64,000 bases of DNA from the NCBI GenBank assembly GCA_044361365.1, contig JBIKIW010000001.1:2501-66500 (forward strand). The letters run 5' to 3'. This DNA is from Limisphaerales bacterium (GTDB taxonomy: Bacteria; Patescibacteriota; JACMRA01). The notes under the pieces were generated by a model that saw only the letters and a list, made by a program, of their open reading frames with translations, ran no database searches and was not told the DNA's origin. Both the position numbers and the translations under genes were made by a program. Below are positions 43,870 to 53,946 of the stretch, piece after piece (position 1 is the stretch's first letter; each line of letters begins with the position of its first letter).

Positions 43870-45528
43870 GTGACTTCCAAAAAAACATTCCTTAAAAGAT
43901 TTATCAATTTTTCTTGGTTAAAAGAGATTAGTGGTGAAAATCTATTTCTGATTTATGCTATTTTAGTTTTATTAATAAGTTTTTGCACCTATTTTGTAAA
44001 CTATCAAAACCCTCAAGCTCCATTTTGGGATGAAAATTTTCACATAGCTTCAGCTGAAAAATATATTCAAGGAGACTTTTTTATGGAAAACCATCCACCA
44101 CTAGCCAAGATGTTGATTGCAGTTGGTGAGGTGATTTGGAATCCAAACAAAGATATCGATAAATCTGAATTTGTAAAAACTGATTATATTAAGGAATTTC
44201 CTAAAAATTATTCATTTACAGGAGTTAGATTTTTCCCAGCTCTTGCGGGTTTTTTGAGTTGTTTTTTGTTTTTTTTGCTACTGTACTTAATAAGTAGAAA
44301 CAGCCACTTGTCTTTTTTGTTTTCAAGTTTATATTTGTTTAACAATCAGATGATAGTTCATTTTCGGGGGGCTATGTTGGAGAGTATTCAGATTTTTTTT
44401 GGACTTTTGGTGCTTTTGTACACAGTTCATCTTTACCTTAGAAGTAAGAAAATCAAACTGTGGGAATATTTAATTCTGGGGGTTTTGGTTGGATTGGTTG
44501 CTAGTGTAAAAATAAACTCGCTTATAATGCTATTGGTTTTTCCATTTTTGTTTCTTACACGTACTCAATTCAGTGTTTTAGATAGGAAAGAAATCTTTCA
44601 GACCATAAAAAAATTAGTAATTAAAGGTTCGTTTTTTGTTTTTGGAGTCGGATTAATTTTTATGAGCATTAGTTACCTTCACTTAGCAATTGCTCACAAA
44701 CAATTACCTGATAAAGAAAACAACAATGGATATAAAATTATACCAAGTTATCAAGAAGTTTTGGATAAAAAAGACTATTATAATCCGCTAAACGCCTACA
44801 AAGCTAGCCTTGCCTGGTATTTTTATCAAAATCAGTACAACAACGGCGTACCTAAATTAGACGAAGCTAAACCGGATGAAAATGGTAGTTATCCCACTGA
44901 CTGGTTGGTTGGTAGAAAAGCTATTAGTTATAGATGGGAAAAATATCCAATCGAGAAAAAAAACCATTTTACTTATAATCTTTTTGAGCCTGATGGTAGC
45001 AAGACAATCACTCTGGACGAATATTCTCAGCTTCCAGAAAATGAAAAAAATAACTGGTTTGTGGTGGTAAAATATCTATATATTCAAACTAATCCGATTA
45101 TTACTTTTGTGAGCTTAGCAGCCTTGGTTTTAGCTCTTGGTTTGATTATTGCAGTGGCTTTTTTTGGTCTAAAAGTGCAAAATAAAAATCTTTTTAATCT
45201 AATTCTTCTCTTTATCTTTTTGTATGGGTTTTATATGTTTTCAGCTCTTCGAACGGAGCGGGTTTTGTATTTATACCACTATCTAATTCCATCTATTTTC
45301 TTGTTTATAGCAGGCTTTCTGGTGTTTTTGTATCGCTTTGAAACAATCCTTAGAGAAGATGATTATTGGCGAAAAAGATTGTATTTTTTGGTAGCTTTGG
45401 TAGCAGCAGCTATTTTTATTAGCTTTGTTTTCTTCGCTCCCTTTACGTACTATTTACCACTTTCTTCTCAGGAATTTCAAATGCGTAATTGGTTCAGTTT
45501 TTGGGGATTAAAAGATGTTAGCGGGTAG
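43870..45528 (+). CDS. PMT/GT39-family phospholipid-carrier-dependent glycosyltransferase
   Basis: FWDENFHIASAEKYIQGDFFMENHPPLAKMLIAVG matches the PMT loop-1 DE motif and the HPPL box; multi-TM protein. Confidence 0.8.
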   Translation: MTSKKTFLKRFINFSWLKEISGENLFLIYAILVLLISFCTYFVNYQNPQAPFWDENFHIASAEKYIQGDFFMENHPPLAKMLIAVGEVIWNPNKDIDKSEFVKTDYIKEFPKNYSFTGVRFFPALAGFLSCFLFFLLLYLISRNSHLSFLFSSLYLFNNQMIVHFRGAMLESIQIFFGLLVLLYTVHLYLRSKKIKLWEYLILGVLVGLVASVKINSLIMLLVFPFLFLTRTQFSVLDRKEIFQTIKKLVIKGSFFVFGVGLIFMSISYLHLAIAHKQLPDKENNNGYKIIPSYQEVLDKKDYYNPLNAYKASLAWYFYQNQYNNGVPKLDEAKPDENGSYPTDWLVGRKAISYRWEKYPIEKKNHFTYNLFEPDGSKTITLDEYSQLPENEKNNWFVVVKYLYIQTNPIITFVSLAALVLALGLIIAVAFFGLKVQNKNLFNLILLFIFLYGFYMFSALRTERVLYLYHYLIPSIFLFIAGFLVFLYRFETILREDDYWRKRLYFLVALVAAAIFISFVFFAPFTYYLPLSSQEFQMRNWFSFWGLKDVSG

Positions 45529-45707
45529 GGCAACTAGATATAGTTGTTAAGTACAATTTTAGATACTACAAGTTGAATTTTTTATTTGATAAATTGGTTA
45601 TTTTTAAGTAAAAAACCCTTTAAAAAGAGGATATTGATGTTTTTGACCAGAATTTAAAATTATTTCAGGTGATTATTAATAAATAAAATCAATAAATAAT
45701 TAAAAAA

Positions 45708-46955
45708 ATGCTCAAAATATCAAATGTTGAGAAAGGTAACAAGTTTGAAGCTGAAGTAATACCAATGTTTGAAAAATTATTACAAAATGGAGAATTGTCA
45801 GTTAATCCTAAAATTTCTAAATTAAGAATTAAGCCAAAATATTACAATAAAGACAGAGGTAGCTTAGATGCTTTTGACTTATCAATAGAAACTTATCCAG
45901 TGGGTGCTAAAATGCCGTCTTTGGTTCATATAATAGAATGTAAGCACTTTTCAGGAACTATAAATGTTGATGAGCTTGAACAAACCCTTTCCTTAACTTC
46001 AAATCATTTTCTAAAAGTAAGTAAAGATTCAGATTATAGTTTTGCAGTAAAAGTGATTTTTATATTCAAAGGTAAAATATCTCAAACACTTTCTACTAAA
46101 GCTAAAAATAATGGGGTTATGTTAATAGAGGTTTTGGATAAAAAAGATTACAAGATTCTTCTCTATAAAAATGAGAAAAAAGATTTTAGAAAATATGTTT
46201 GTCTTGATAAAAATATTGAAAAAGAGTTGGTAAAAACGGTTTACAGTTTAATAAATAACAACAATATAAATCAACCCAAAATTGAAGGTCTTAGAAGGCT
46301 TTCTAGGGTAGATGTTAAAGAAATTGCAAGAAAAGAATTTAAAAAAGTTGGAGCAATAAAATCGACTAGGTGTTTAAAAACACGAATTGTAAATTATATT
46401 GAAGAAACTTATTCTATTAAGGTTTGTTATAAAGTTTTTGACGGTTGCACGGAAGACAGTTTAGGGTACTTAGATATAAACTCTAATTCTATTTTTATTA
46501 ACGAAAACTTACGTGACACAAAATTGGAAATGTATCCAATTTGCCATGAAATAGGACATTTTATTTTACACAAGGATTTAATAAATAAAGATAATTTCGT
46601 GGACTATTTGAATTTGCCAGATTCTCTATATAATCAAAAAACTGGAAAATATGATTTAGTAAATGACAGGAATTTTATTGAATATCAGGCAAATACTTTT
46701 GCAGTTGAGTTTTTTCTTAATGAAGAACTTCTGAGATCTTTACTAGTAGAAAAACAAATTGAGATGGGCTTTAGTAAAACAAAAACAGGTTATATCTTTG
46801 CTGATAATCAGTATTGTAATTTAAAAGACAAAGAAGAAATAATCTCTCATTTATCAGAATATTTTAACACAACAAAAAAAGTTATAGAAAGCAGATTGGA
46901 AGGCTTAAAAATGTTAAGGTGTAATCATTTTACCCAATCACAGCCTGTTTTTTGA
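45708..46955 (+). CDS. Fusion of a restriction-endonuclease-like (PD-(D/E)xK) N-domain with an ImmA/IrrE (M78) zinc metallopeptidase C-domain
   Basis: N-terminus GNKFEAEV...DAFDLSIE...VHIIECKHFSGTINVDELEQ. C-terminus ICHEIGHFILH (HExxH) with downstream EYQANTFAVEFF, typical of ImmA/IrrE. Confidence 0.7.
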   Translation: MLKISNVEKGNKFEAEVIPMFEKLLQNGELSVNPKISKLRIKPKYYNKDRGSLDAFDLSIETYPVGAKMPSLVHIIECKHFSGTINVDELEQTLSLTSNHFLKVSKDSDYSFAVKVIFIFKGKISQTLSTKAKNNGVMLIEVLDKKDYKILLYKNEKKDFRKYVCLDKNIEKELVKTVYSLINNNNINQPKIEGLRRLSRVDVKEIARKEFKKVGAIKSTRCLKTRIVNYIEETYSIKVCYKVFDGCTEDSLGYLDINSNSIFINENLRDTKLEMYPICHEIGHFILHKDLINKDNFVDYLNLPDSLYNQKTGKYDLVNDRNFIEYQANTFAVEFFLNEELLRSLLVEKQIEMGFSKTKTGYIFADNQYCNLKDKEEIISHLSEYFNTTKKVIESRLEGLKMLRCNHFTQSQPVF

Positions 46956-48603
46956 CCAAATCGAACGAAACTGAGCCAAGTGTGAGATCTACGGTAACTG
47001 GGTTTTTTTCGTAGGCGTAACCAGCTTCTGATTTTCCGTTGGATTTTAGAACCGCAAGTTTTACTTTACTTTCTGCTTGTTTACCCAAAATTGCACGTCT
47101 AAGTGGGGAAGGGTTGTTTCTACTGGAGACGATTTTCTCACCATCGACTTCCAAAATAATATCACCTTCTTTCAAACCTGCCTGAGCTGCGGCTGAATCT
47201 TTAGCAATTGGGCTACCTTGTTCGCTGAATATAATTTCTCCATAATCTACAGGAATCCAAGAATTTTGAGACTTTCGCAGAGGTGTAATTTGTAATGAGG
47301 CTAAACCGATTCTAGGACGAACAATTTGACCTTTGGTTAGATAACCTTCCAAAACAGTCTTTATCGTTCGGGAAGGGATTGCAAGTCCGATATTTTGAGC
47401 ATCAACAGTACCCAAAGTATTCATGCCAATTAACTGACCAGAAGCATTAAATAGCGGTCCTCCAGAGTTTCCACGGTTAATAGCTGCGTCGGTTTGAATA
47501 AGGTTGTCAGCTTGAAAAGTAGTGTCTGTACATTGGTCTTTTATTTCAGTTTCAAAACTTCTATCCAGACCTGAAACTATCCCTCGAGTAACAGTATTTT
47601 GAAGCTCTCCTAATACGTTTCCGATGGCTACAACTTCTTGCCCTAATTTCAACTTTTCACTGTCAAAAAAGCTTACGGTTTTGAATTTCTCAGTACTGCC
47701 TTCTATTTTTAAAACAGCTAAATCATCAACTGGGTCTATACTTTTTAGGGTTAGATTATAAATTTTTTGATCACTAGAAACTCCAGTAATTTGAATTCTA
47801 GAAATATCGTTTTTACAGACCGTAGCAACTACGTGCTTATTGGTAACCACCAACCCATCCTCACTTACAATATAACCACTTCCAGCACTTAGATCTTGTC
47901 CTAAATCTACACCATTGCTTTTGCTTTTCAAGCTTATAGATAACACTGTTGGAAAAACGTCTTCCACAATTTGGGTCACTTCTTTACTATCAGTTGGGTC
48001 TTTGAAAGCTAAGTTTGGATTATTGCTAACAGCTGTAGAGCTATTTTGAGAGGAGCTTGAGCTTGTTTCACCTTGAGTTACTGTTGTTGATACGCTTGAA
48101 CCTGAGGATGATTCAACCAAATTGTTCAAAAAACTATTTTTAATAACCCACTTACTTCTCTCATCTTTTGGATTTACCACCACCAAGACCACAGCAATAC
48201 TACTCAAAATTAATCCCAAAACCAGTATAAAGGCTACCGTTCTAGCCATGCGTCTGATCGAGGAGGTTGTATTTGTTATTTTGGAGTATTTTTTTGGTTC
48301 AAAATTAAGGGATTCTGGGTTGCTATTTGAATTTGAATTTTGATTAGGCTGGTTGAAACTATTCGGATTGTTAAAATTATTTTGATTCGTAGAACTTTGC
48401 GAGAAGTCGTTTAAGCTGTCTCCACCAAAAGTATTATTTAACTCAGCATTGCTGAATTGCTGGTTGGAATTTAAATTTTCTAAGCCTTCTGTCGAGTTTG
48501 ATGTAGTTGGTTTCCAATCATTATTAAAATTAAAATCGGAATTTTGCCAATCTTGATTTGGGTTGATTGGTTCTGGGTTTTGTTTTTGATCGTCTGGTTG
48601 CAT
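46930..48603 (-). CDS. HtrA/DegP-type serine protease with a PDZ domain and a Q/N-rich N-terminal tail
   Basis: TNKHVV (His), DLAVLKI (Asp), GNSGGPLF (Ser), and a C-terminal PDZ (GLKEGDIILEVDG). One TM helix follows the low-complexity tail. Confidence 0.85.
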   Translation of the reverse strand: MQPDDQKQNPEPINPNQDWQNSDFNFNNDWKPTTSNSTEGLENLNSNQQFSNAELNNTFGGDSLNDFSQSSTNQNNFNNPNSFNQPNQNSNSNSNPESLNFEPKKYSKITNTTSSIRRMARTVAFILVLGLILSSIAVVLVVVNPKDERSKWVIKNSFLNNLVESSSGSSVSTTVTQGETSSSSSQNSSTAVSNNPNLAFKDPTDSKEVTQIVEDVFPTVLSISLKSKSNGVDLGQDLSAGSGYIVSEDGLVVTNKHVVATVCKNDISRIQITGVSSDQKIYNLTLKSIDPVDDLAVLKIEGSTEKFKTVSFFDSEKLKLGQEVVAIGNVLGELQNTVTRGIVSGLDRSFETEIKDQCTDTTFQADNLIQTDAAINRGNSGGPLFNASGQLIGMNTLGTVDAQNIGLAIPSRTIKTVLEGYLTKGQIVRPRIGLASLQITPLRKSQNSWIPVDYGEIIFSEQGSPIAKDSAAAQAGLKEGDIILEVDGEKIVSSRNNPSPLRRAILGKQAESKVKLAVLKSNGKSEAGYAYEKNPVTVDLTLGSVSFDLVKKQAVIG

Positions 48604-48631
48604 AGTGCAGAATTAAGGAGTTGCTAAAAGA

Positions 48632-49927
48632 TTAGTTTATTTTGATTTTATTAATTTCCGCTTTGTTGCTTACGATCACAACCTTTTTTTCTAAGAGACT
48701 TTTTTGAACATCTTGATAGATTTTTTTAACTTCAGCGATGGTCACTTTTGTTAATCTTTGCAAGTAATTCTCCAAATTTTCTGAGATTCCATAATTTAGC
48801 AGACTACTCTGGGCAAATTCAGTCTCGGCAGAAATAGTATCGGAGCTGATTTCAATTTTTTTGCGAATAGTTTGTTTCAAATCTTCAAATTTTTTCTCCT
48901 CAAAGAATTTTTCAAAATTGCTAAAGGTATCTGAGATAATGTCTAAAATTCGATTTGCAGAGTCTATTTCACACGAAAAATTTATAATCATTTTTCCTAA
49001 AGTCATATCGAAATTATTACTCATAGAATAAATCAAACCCTCTTTGTTTCTTAGCCTATCATACAAAATCCCGTAGTATTTTAAAAATAACTCATCAAAA
49101 ATTTTTAGAATCGGTTTGTTTTCAAAAGAAATTTCCAGTGGAATATAAATCGTTACATCAGCATGAGCATGAGCAAGTTCATGTACTATCGATAAAAAAT
49201 CAAAGTTTTGAAACTCGCTTTTTACTGAGAAATTAATCTTATCTTTACCTTCTACTTGATTGATAAGAGATTTTTCTGCTTTGTGTAAATTAAAATTCTT
49301 CTTAATATTATCGAGCGCTTCATCAAAACCAAAACCACCGCTAAGAGTTATTAAAAAGTGACTTTTAGCTAAATTTTCTCTATGGAGTCTCTCAAAATCT
49401 TCAATTATAGTTTGAGCGACACACTCGGAATCTCCCAAAACCTCATGATTTTCAAGACTATTAATTTCAAAAACTTGATTCATTACGGCGTAGTGCAAGC
49501 GATAATTAGGATCACCTCTTCTCTCTGAAATTTCTCTTAAAACAATCTCTTTTTCTTGGGCTAAGATTTCAGTATCAAAAGTTGGACGGATACTAATTTC
49601 CATAATTTTAGCAATCATATCTTGGGCATTTTCAGTATGACCTTGAGCATTTACTCCCATGGTCAGGGGGCTGGTATAAGCGTTGACCATTATGTTGCTT
49701 GCAAACTGAAAATCATGAAAACCTTGAAAATTTAACTCTTTAGTTCTGGAGGCGATACAGTGTTCTAAAAGATGTTTTTTACCTCGATCTAGATTTTTTT
49801 CAAACCAACTACCACCACTGGAATAAGTAACCTCAATTTCAAATTTTTTCCGTTCAGATGGTTTGGCTAAAACATGAATAAATGGGGATAATTGCTGATA
49901 AAACATAGTAATAATTTTAAATAACAA
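48632..49927 (-). CDS. M16 (pitrilysin) family peptidase-like protein
   Basis: Inverted zinc motif HLLEH followed by REISER-like EKEIVLREISER. Confidence 0.75.
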   Translation of the reverse strand: MLFKIITMFYQQLSPFIHVLAKPSERKKFEIEVTYSSGGSWFEKNLDRGKKHLLEHCIASRTKELNFQGFHDFQFASNIMVNAYTSPLTMGVNAQGHTENAQDMIAKIMEISIRPTFDTEILAQEKEIVLREISERRGDPNYRLHYAVMNQVFEINSLENHEVLGDSECVAQTIIEDFERLHRENLAKSHFLITLSGGFGFDEALDNIKKNFNLHKAEKSLINQVEGKDKINFSVKSEFQNFDFLSIVHELAHAHADVTIYIPLEISFENKPILKIFDELFLKYYGILYDRLRNKEGLIYSMSNNFDMTLGKMIINFSCEIDSANRILDIISDTFSNFEKFFEEKKFEDLKQTIRKKIEISSDTISAETEFAQSSLLNYGISENLENYLQRLTKVTIAEVKKIYQDVQKSLLEKKVVIVSNKAEINKIKIN

Positions 49928-50041
49928 TTAAATTTATTTTTCGTGCAAATTTTCAAAAATAAAAGATATTTACTTGACAAAAACCATTTCCTAGTTGATT
50001 TCGGTTGGTTATCTTTAAAAAATTATTTATTTATTATTGTT

Positions 50042-50341
50042 ATGGCTACTAAAACAGTTAAAAAAGCAAACCGCACCCAACTTATTGATAAGTTGTCTAT
50101 CACTCTTGGAGTTTCCAAAGCTCAAGCAGAAAAAACTCTAAATTCAGTTTTACAATCTGTTGTTGACATGGTTGTTGACGGATACGATCTTAACCTTACG
50201 GGTTTCGGTTCTTTCTACAAAACTTATAGAAAAGACAGAATTGGAGTTAATCCAAAAACTGGAGAAAAGATGAAAATCGCTGCTTCTACTAGCGTTGGTT
50301 TCAAAGTTGGAAAAACTTTTAAAGAAGCTGTTAAAAAATAG
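50042..50341 (+). CDS. HU/IHF-family DNA-binding protein
   Basis: Start at ATG 50042. GFGSFYKTYRKDRIGVNPKTGEKMKIAAS is the HU arm signature. Confidence 0.9.
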   Translation: MATKTVKKANRTQLIDKLSITLGVSKAQAEKTLNSVLQSVVDMVVDGYDLNLTGFGSFYKTYRKDRIGVNPKTGEKMKIAASTSVGFKVGKTFKEAVKK

Positions 50342-50364
50342 TTTTTTAGAAATTAAAATTCAGG

Positions 50365-50390
50365 AATTCCCCGCAAGGGGTTTTTCTTTT
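50365..50390 (+). terminator. Rho-independent terminator
   Basis: Hairpin cccc-gcaa-gggg (50369-50380) followed by tttttctttt. Confidence 0.65.
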
Positions 50391-50511
50391 GTCTCATAAA
50401 AGACCCTCCTTTCATTTGAAGGCAAGACGTGTTTCACTTAGTAGGCCAGATGTTTTAGGCTATTTAGATTGACAAATAAGGGAAATTCAATTTTTTTGAA
50501 AAGGAAATATT

Positions 50512-51090
50512 ATGCTTGCTCCAAATAAGCAAAACCTACTCATCCAAAAGAACCAAAAAAAACTGATTCTAAACGGCTATAAACTACTTAAAGAAAAGAG
50601 AGCTGGTCTGATAATTACTTTCTTGGAGTTTGCTAGCAAAGGAAAAAAAATAGAAAAAAAAGTCTCCAACCAAATATCTCAAATCTTAAGCTCGTATCGA
50701 ACTGGACTAACCTTTGTAAGCAGCCAAACTCTGTTTGAAAATTTGCAATCAACACCATCTTTAAATTTGAATGTATCCAAAAAAAGAGTTTCTGGCGTTT
50801 ATATAGATTCTTTAGATTTACAGACCAAAATCCCTGATAGAAAAGATTTAAAAGCTGATATAGAAACTAGCTTAAAAGCTTTTGGTTGGTTTTTTCCGAT
50901 TCTTTTGGAACTAAGTCAACTAAAAATAAACACTCTTAGAATTGCTGCTGAAATTGAAAAAACTAACAGACAGATCCAAAACCTAGAGAAAAAAACTGAG
51001 GACATAGAAGCTGAAATAAAATTCATCGAAAACGCCTTAAATGAAAAATCCAATCTTGAAAAAGCAACCTTAATTAAAATTTTTAAATAA
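50512..51090 (+). CDS. V/A-type ATPase subunit D
   Basis: APNKQNLLIQKNQKKLILNGYKLLKEKRAGL, LRIAAEIEKTNRQIQNLE and the C-terminal LNEKSNLEKATLIKI align along the whole length with NtpD/AtpD-type subunit D. Confidence 0.85.
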   Translation: MLAPNKQNLLIQKNQKKLILNGYKLLKEKRAGLIITFLEFASKGKKIEKKVSNQISQILSSYRTGLTFVSSQTLFENLQSTPSLNLNVSKKRVSGVYIDSLDLQTKIPDRKDLKADIETSLKAFGWFFPILLELSQLKINTLRIAAEIEKTNRQIQNLEKKTEDIEAEIKFIENALNEKSNLEKATLIKIFK

Positions 51091-51091
51091 T

Positions 51092-51361
51092 ATGTCATAC
51101 ACTAATTTTGAAGAATACTTAGCTAGCTTAGCTAAAAAAGTTAAAAACCTAAAGTCTAAAATTGATGAAGCTGGAAAATCAATTGTAGAACAGGGTTTAA
51201 GTTTTGAAATCAAAAAAAACGATCTATATGAAGTAGTTGCTGGAGAGCAAAGAGGTTACAAACCATCTGGAACAGGCTTAAATATCAATATAAATTCTGA
51301 TTCTAAAATTTCAAACGAAGAAATAACTAAAATTTTATCTTCAATGTATAAACTTTCCTAA
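51092..51361 (+). CDS. Hypothetical 89-aa protein between V-ATPase D and I
   Basis: ORF tightly coupled to subunit D (1-nt gap). No motif recognised. Confidence 0.45.
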   Translation: MSYTNFEEYLASLAKKVKNLKSKIDEAGKSIVEQGLSFEIKKNDLYEVVAGEQRGYKPSGTGLNININSDSKISNEEITKILSSMYKLS

Positions 51362-51379
51362 AATTAAATTACTCGAAAC

Positions 51380-53155
51380 ATGTCCGTAACATCCACAATA
51401 TCAAAGCTTGTAAACATACCAGCAAAAAAAGTAGATTCTTTTTTCAGATCTTTAATGAAAACTGGAATTGATTTTGAAGTATTAGACCCAAAAGACCTAG
51501 AAGGAAAATGGTCTGCAATTAGCTATTATAAAACTGAAGGAGTTGAATTTGCCGGTCAAAAACTAATCACCATAGATGAAATTTTAAGCACCAATCTTCC
51601 TAAAAAAAGCTTTTTAGAGTCATTTGCTGACGATAGAGTTGAAGTTAGTTTAGGCGAACTAAAAAATATTGAAGATGAGAAAGTTGAACTAGATAATCTT
51701 GTTTCAAAACTAGCCCTAGTCAACGAAAAATCTCAACTTATAAAAACTGATATTGCTGATGAAAGTAAAGAAGAACTCCAAAAAGAAATAGATCAAATTA
51801 AAGACTCATTAAAAGATTATTTAGAAAAAGATTTATATATAAACTCTGAGACCAAGAAAAAATTAACCCTATTGTACGGATACTACCAGTTGCAGGCTAA
51901 AACTGAAGAGATTAGGTCTAAAGCTTTTAGGTTAAATGATAAATCTGAAGCTGTATTTGCTTTTATTGCTGTTAAGGAAAAAGACGAAGCTAAACTTGCT
52001 GAATTCTTACAAAAAGAAGAAGTTTTTGGAGAAAATATCGATTGGAATAAAGACATTGTTGATTGGGATAATCCAGGGGCTTTAAAATCTTTTCAAGATG
52101 TAGCTCAATCAATTGGAACTATTGATAAAAAAGAAGCAGACCCAACTTCAGGAGTTGCTGCATTTTTCATGATTTTCTTTGCTTTTTGCTTGGGAGACGC
52201 TATTTATGGAGCAATAATAGCTTTATTTACAGGTTATTTTCTATTTATCAGAGGTGTGAAATCTAACTTTAAAGGTATCTTTAACATATTTTTCTATTCA
52301 AGTCTTATTGCTATTTTGATTGGCGTCGTGACTAACTCTTGGGCTGGAGACTTTTTCAACAGTTCTTTGGTGAAGCAACTATTTGGAATTAGTACTGACC
52401 CAGCTCTTTCCACTTCTACACCGATTAACGACTTTCTGGTTAATTTCCAGCTCATCGATGTTCTAACTGCTAGTGCTAAAGTTCCTGTTAATCAAGCCAT
52501 GAAAGATACCAGTCCTATCATAATCATGATGTTGGCTGCTGGTTTTATTGGTTTTTTAAATCAGCTTTTGGGTTATATTTACAGAATTATCACAAATGCA
52601 GCTAATGGTCTTTGGAATGTTGTTTTTGGTCAGTTTGCGTGGTTACTTTTCTTATCGATGTCTATAGGTCTTATTGTTGTAAATTCAGTTGCTCCTAGTA
52701 TAAGCTCCGTAGCTTTAATAGCACTCTATGTTTCTTTAGGTATTTTGTTTATTCTAAATCAAGCAGACTCTTTTGGAGGAAAAATACTTGGATTCTTGTT
52801 AGGACCAAGAGGTATTTACGGTATATTACAATTAGGATCAAACCTTATCTCTTATGTTCGTATAGTCGCCATTGGTTTAACTGGTACTATTATTGCCCAG
52901 ATAGTAAACCTTTTAGCAGGTCTTATGTATGCAAGTGCCGGACCGGTTGTTGGTTTGATTTTAGCCTTAATTATTTTGATTATAGGTCATGTATTTAATT
53001 TTGTTCTAGCTGCTTTTGGAGCATACATTAACCCACTTCGTCTTACATACGTTGAATTTATGCCTGGATTTTTTGAAGGAAGTGGAAGACAACTCGCTTC
53101 AGCAAGGCCTGAATTTAAACATCTAAAAATAGTTTCTAACTCAGAAAATTCATAA
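51380..53155 (+). CDS. V/A-type ATPase subunit I (a-subunit)
   Basis: A soluble coiled N-terminal half of about 250 aa, then a multi-TM half with LISYVRIVAIGLTGTIIAQ (the conserved Arg helix). Confidence 0.7.
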   Translation: MSVTSTISKLVNIPAKKVDSFFRSLMKTGIDFEVLDPKDLEGKWSAISYYKTEGVEFAGQKLITIDEILSTNLPKKSFLESFADDRVEVSLGELKNIEDEKVELDNLVSKLALVNEKSQLIKTDIADESKEELQKEIDQIKDSLKDYLEKDLYINSETKKKLTLLYGYYQLQAKTEEIRSKAFRLNDKSEAVFAFIAVKEKDEAKLAEFLQKEEVFGENIDWNKDIVDWDNPGALKSFQDVAQSIGTIDKKEADPTSGVAAFFMIFFAFCLGDAIYGAIIALFTGYFLFIRGVKSNFKGIFNIFFYSSLIAILIGVVTNSWAGDFFNSSLVKQLFGISTDPALSTSTPINDFLVNFQLIDVLTASAKVPVNQAMKDTSPIIIMMLAAGFIGFLNQLLGYIYRIITNAANGLWNVVFGQFAWLLFLSMSIGLIVVNSVAPSISSVALIALYVSLGILFILNQADSFGGKILGFLLGPRGIYGILQLGSNLISYVRIVAIGLTGTIIAQIVNLLAGLMYASAGPVVGLILALIILIIGHVFNFVLAAFGAYINPLRLTYVEFMPGFFEGSGRQLASARPEFKHLKIVSNSENS

Positions 53156-53208
53156 GATTGACTTTTTAGGCTAATTATGTATATGATAAGTACTAATTAT
53201 TTGAATTA

Positions 53209-53877
53209 GTGAATATTATGCATGTTGGCTTTATAATGGATGGCAATCGAAGATGGGCAAAAAAAGGTAATTTTCTTCCATACTTTGGTCACAACATGGG
53301 AGGTGAAACGCTAGAGAAATTATTAGAAATTTGTCCTAAATTTAACATCACAACTGTCACAATATATGCACTTTCTTCGGAAAATTTAGAAAATAGATCT
53401 AAAGCAGAAGTTGTGGCATTGATGAGTTTGTTAAAAATAATGGCAGAGAGCAAAAAAGAGAAACTATTCAAAGGAGGTATAAGAGTTAAGATTGCAGGCA
53501 ATTTAAAGCCATTCCCAGAATCTACTTCTAAAGCTTTGATTGAGCTGGAAGATTACACAAAGGATTGCAAAAATAGCTTGCTTCAAATTTGTGTAAATTA
53601 CGGGGGAAGGCAAGAAATAATTGAAGCTGTCAAAAAGACTCTAAAAGACGGAGAAGATATAAATGAAAAAAATATAAGTAAAAATTTACAAGCTGGTGGT
53701 GATCCTGATTTGATTATTCGTACAGGTGGCAGACAAAGACTATCTAATTTTTTGCTTTGGCAAGGAACTTATTCTGAGCTATATTTTTCTGATAAATTGT
53801 GGCCTGAGTTTGATGAGGCTGAGCTTAAAAAAGCGATAGAATTTTTTGAAAGCCAAGAAAGAAACTTTGGTAAGTAA
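53209..53877 (+). CDS. uppS: Undecaprenyl-diphosphate synthase
   Basis: HVGFIMDGNRRWAKK, TIYALSSENLENR, IRTGGRQRLSNFLLWQ. Confidence 0.9.
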   Translation: MNIMHVGFIMDGNRRWAKKGNFLPYFGHNMGGETLEKLLEICPKFNITTVTIYALSSENLENRSKAEVVALMSLLKIMAESKKEKLFKGGIRVKIAGNLKPFPESTSKALIELEDYTKDCKNSLLQICVNYGGRQEIIEAVKKTLKDGEDINEKNISKNLQAGGDPDLIIRTGGRQRLSNFLLWQGTYSELYFSDKLWPEFDEAELKKAIEFFESQERNFGK

Positions 53878-53946
53878 AAACTAATGCATCTAAGTTGCTT
53901 TTAAAATTTCAATCTCTGAGTTTTTATGACTATAAATCCTTGGCGT

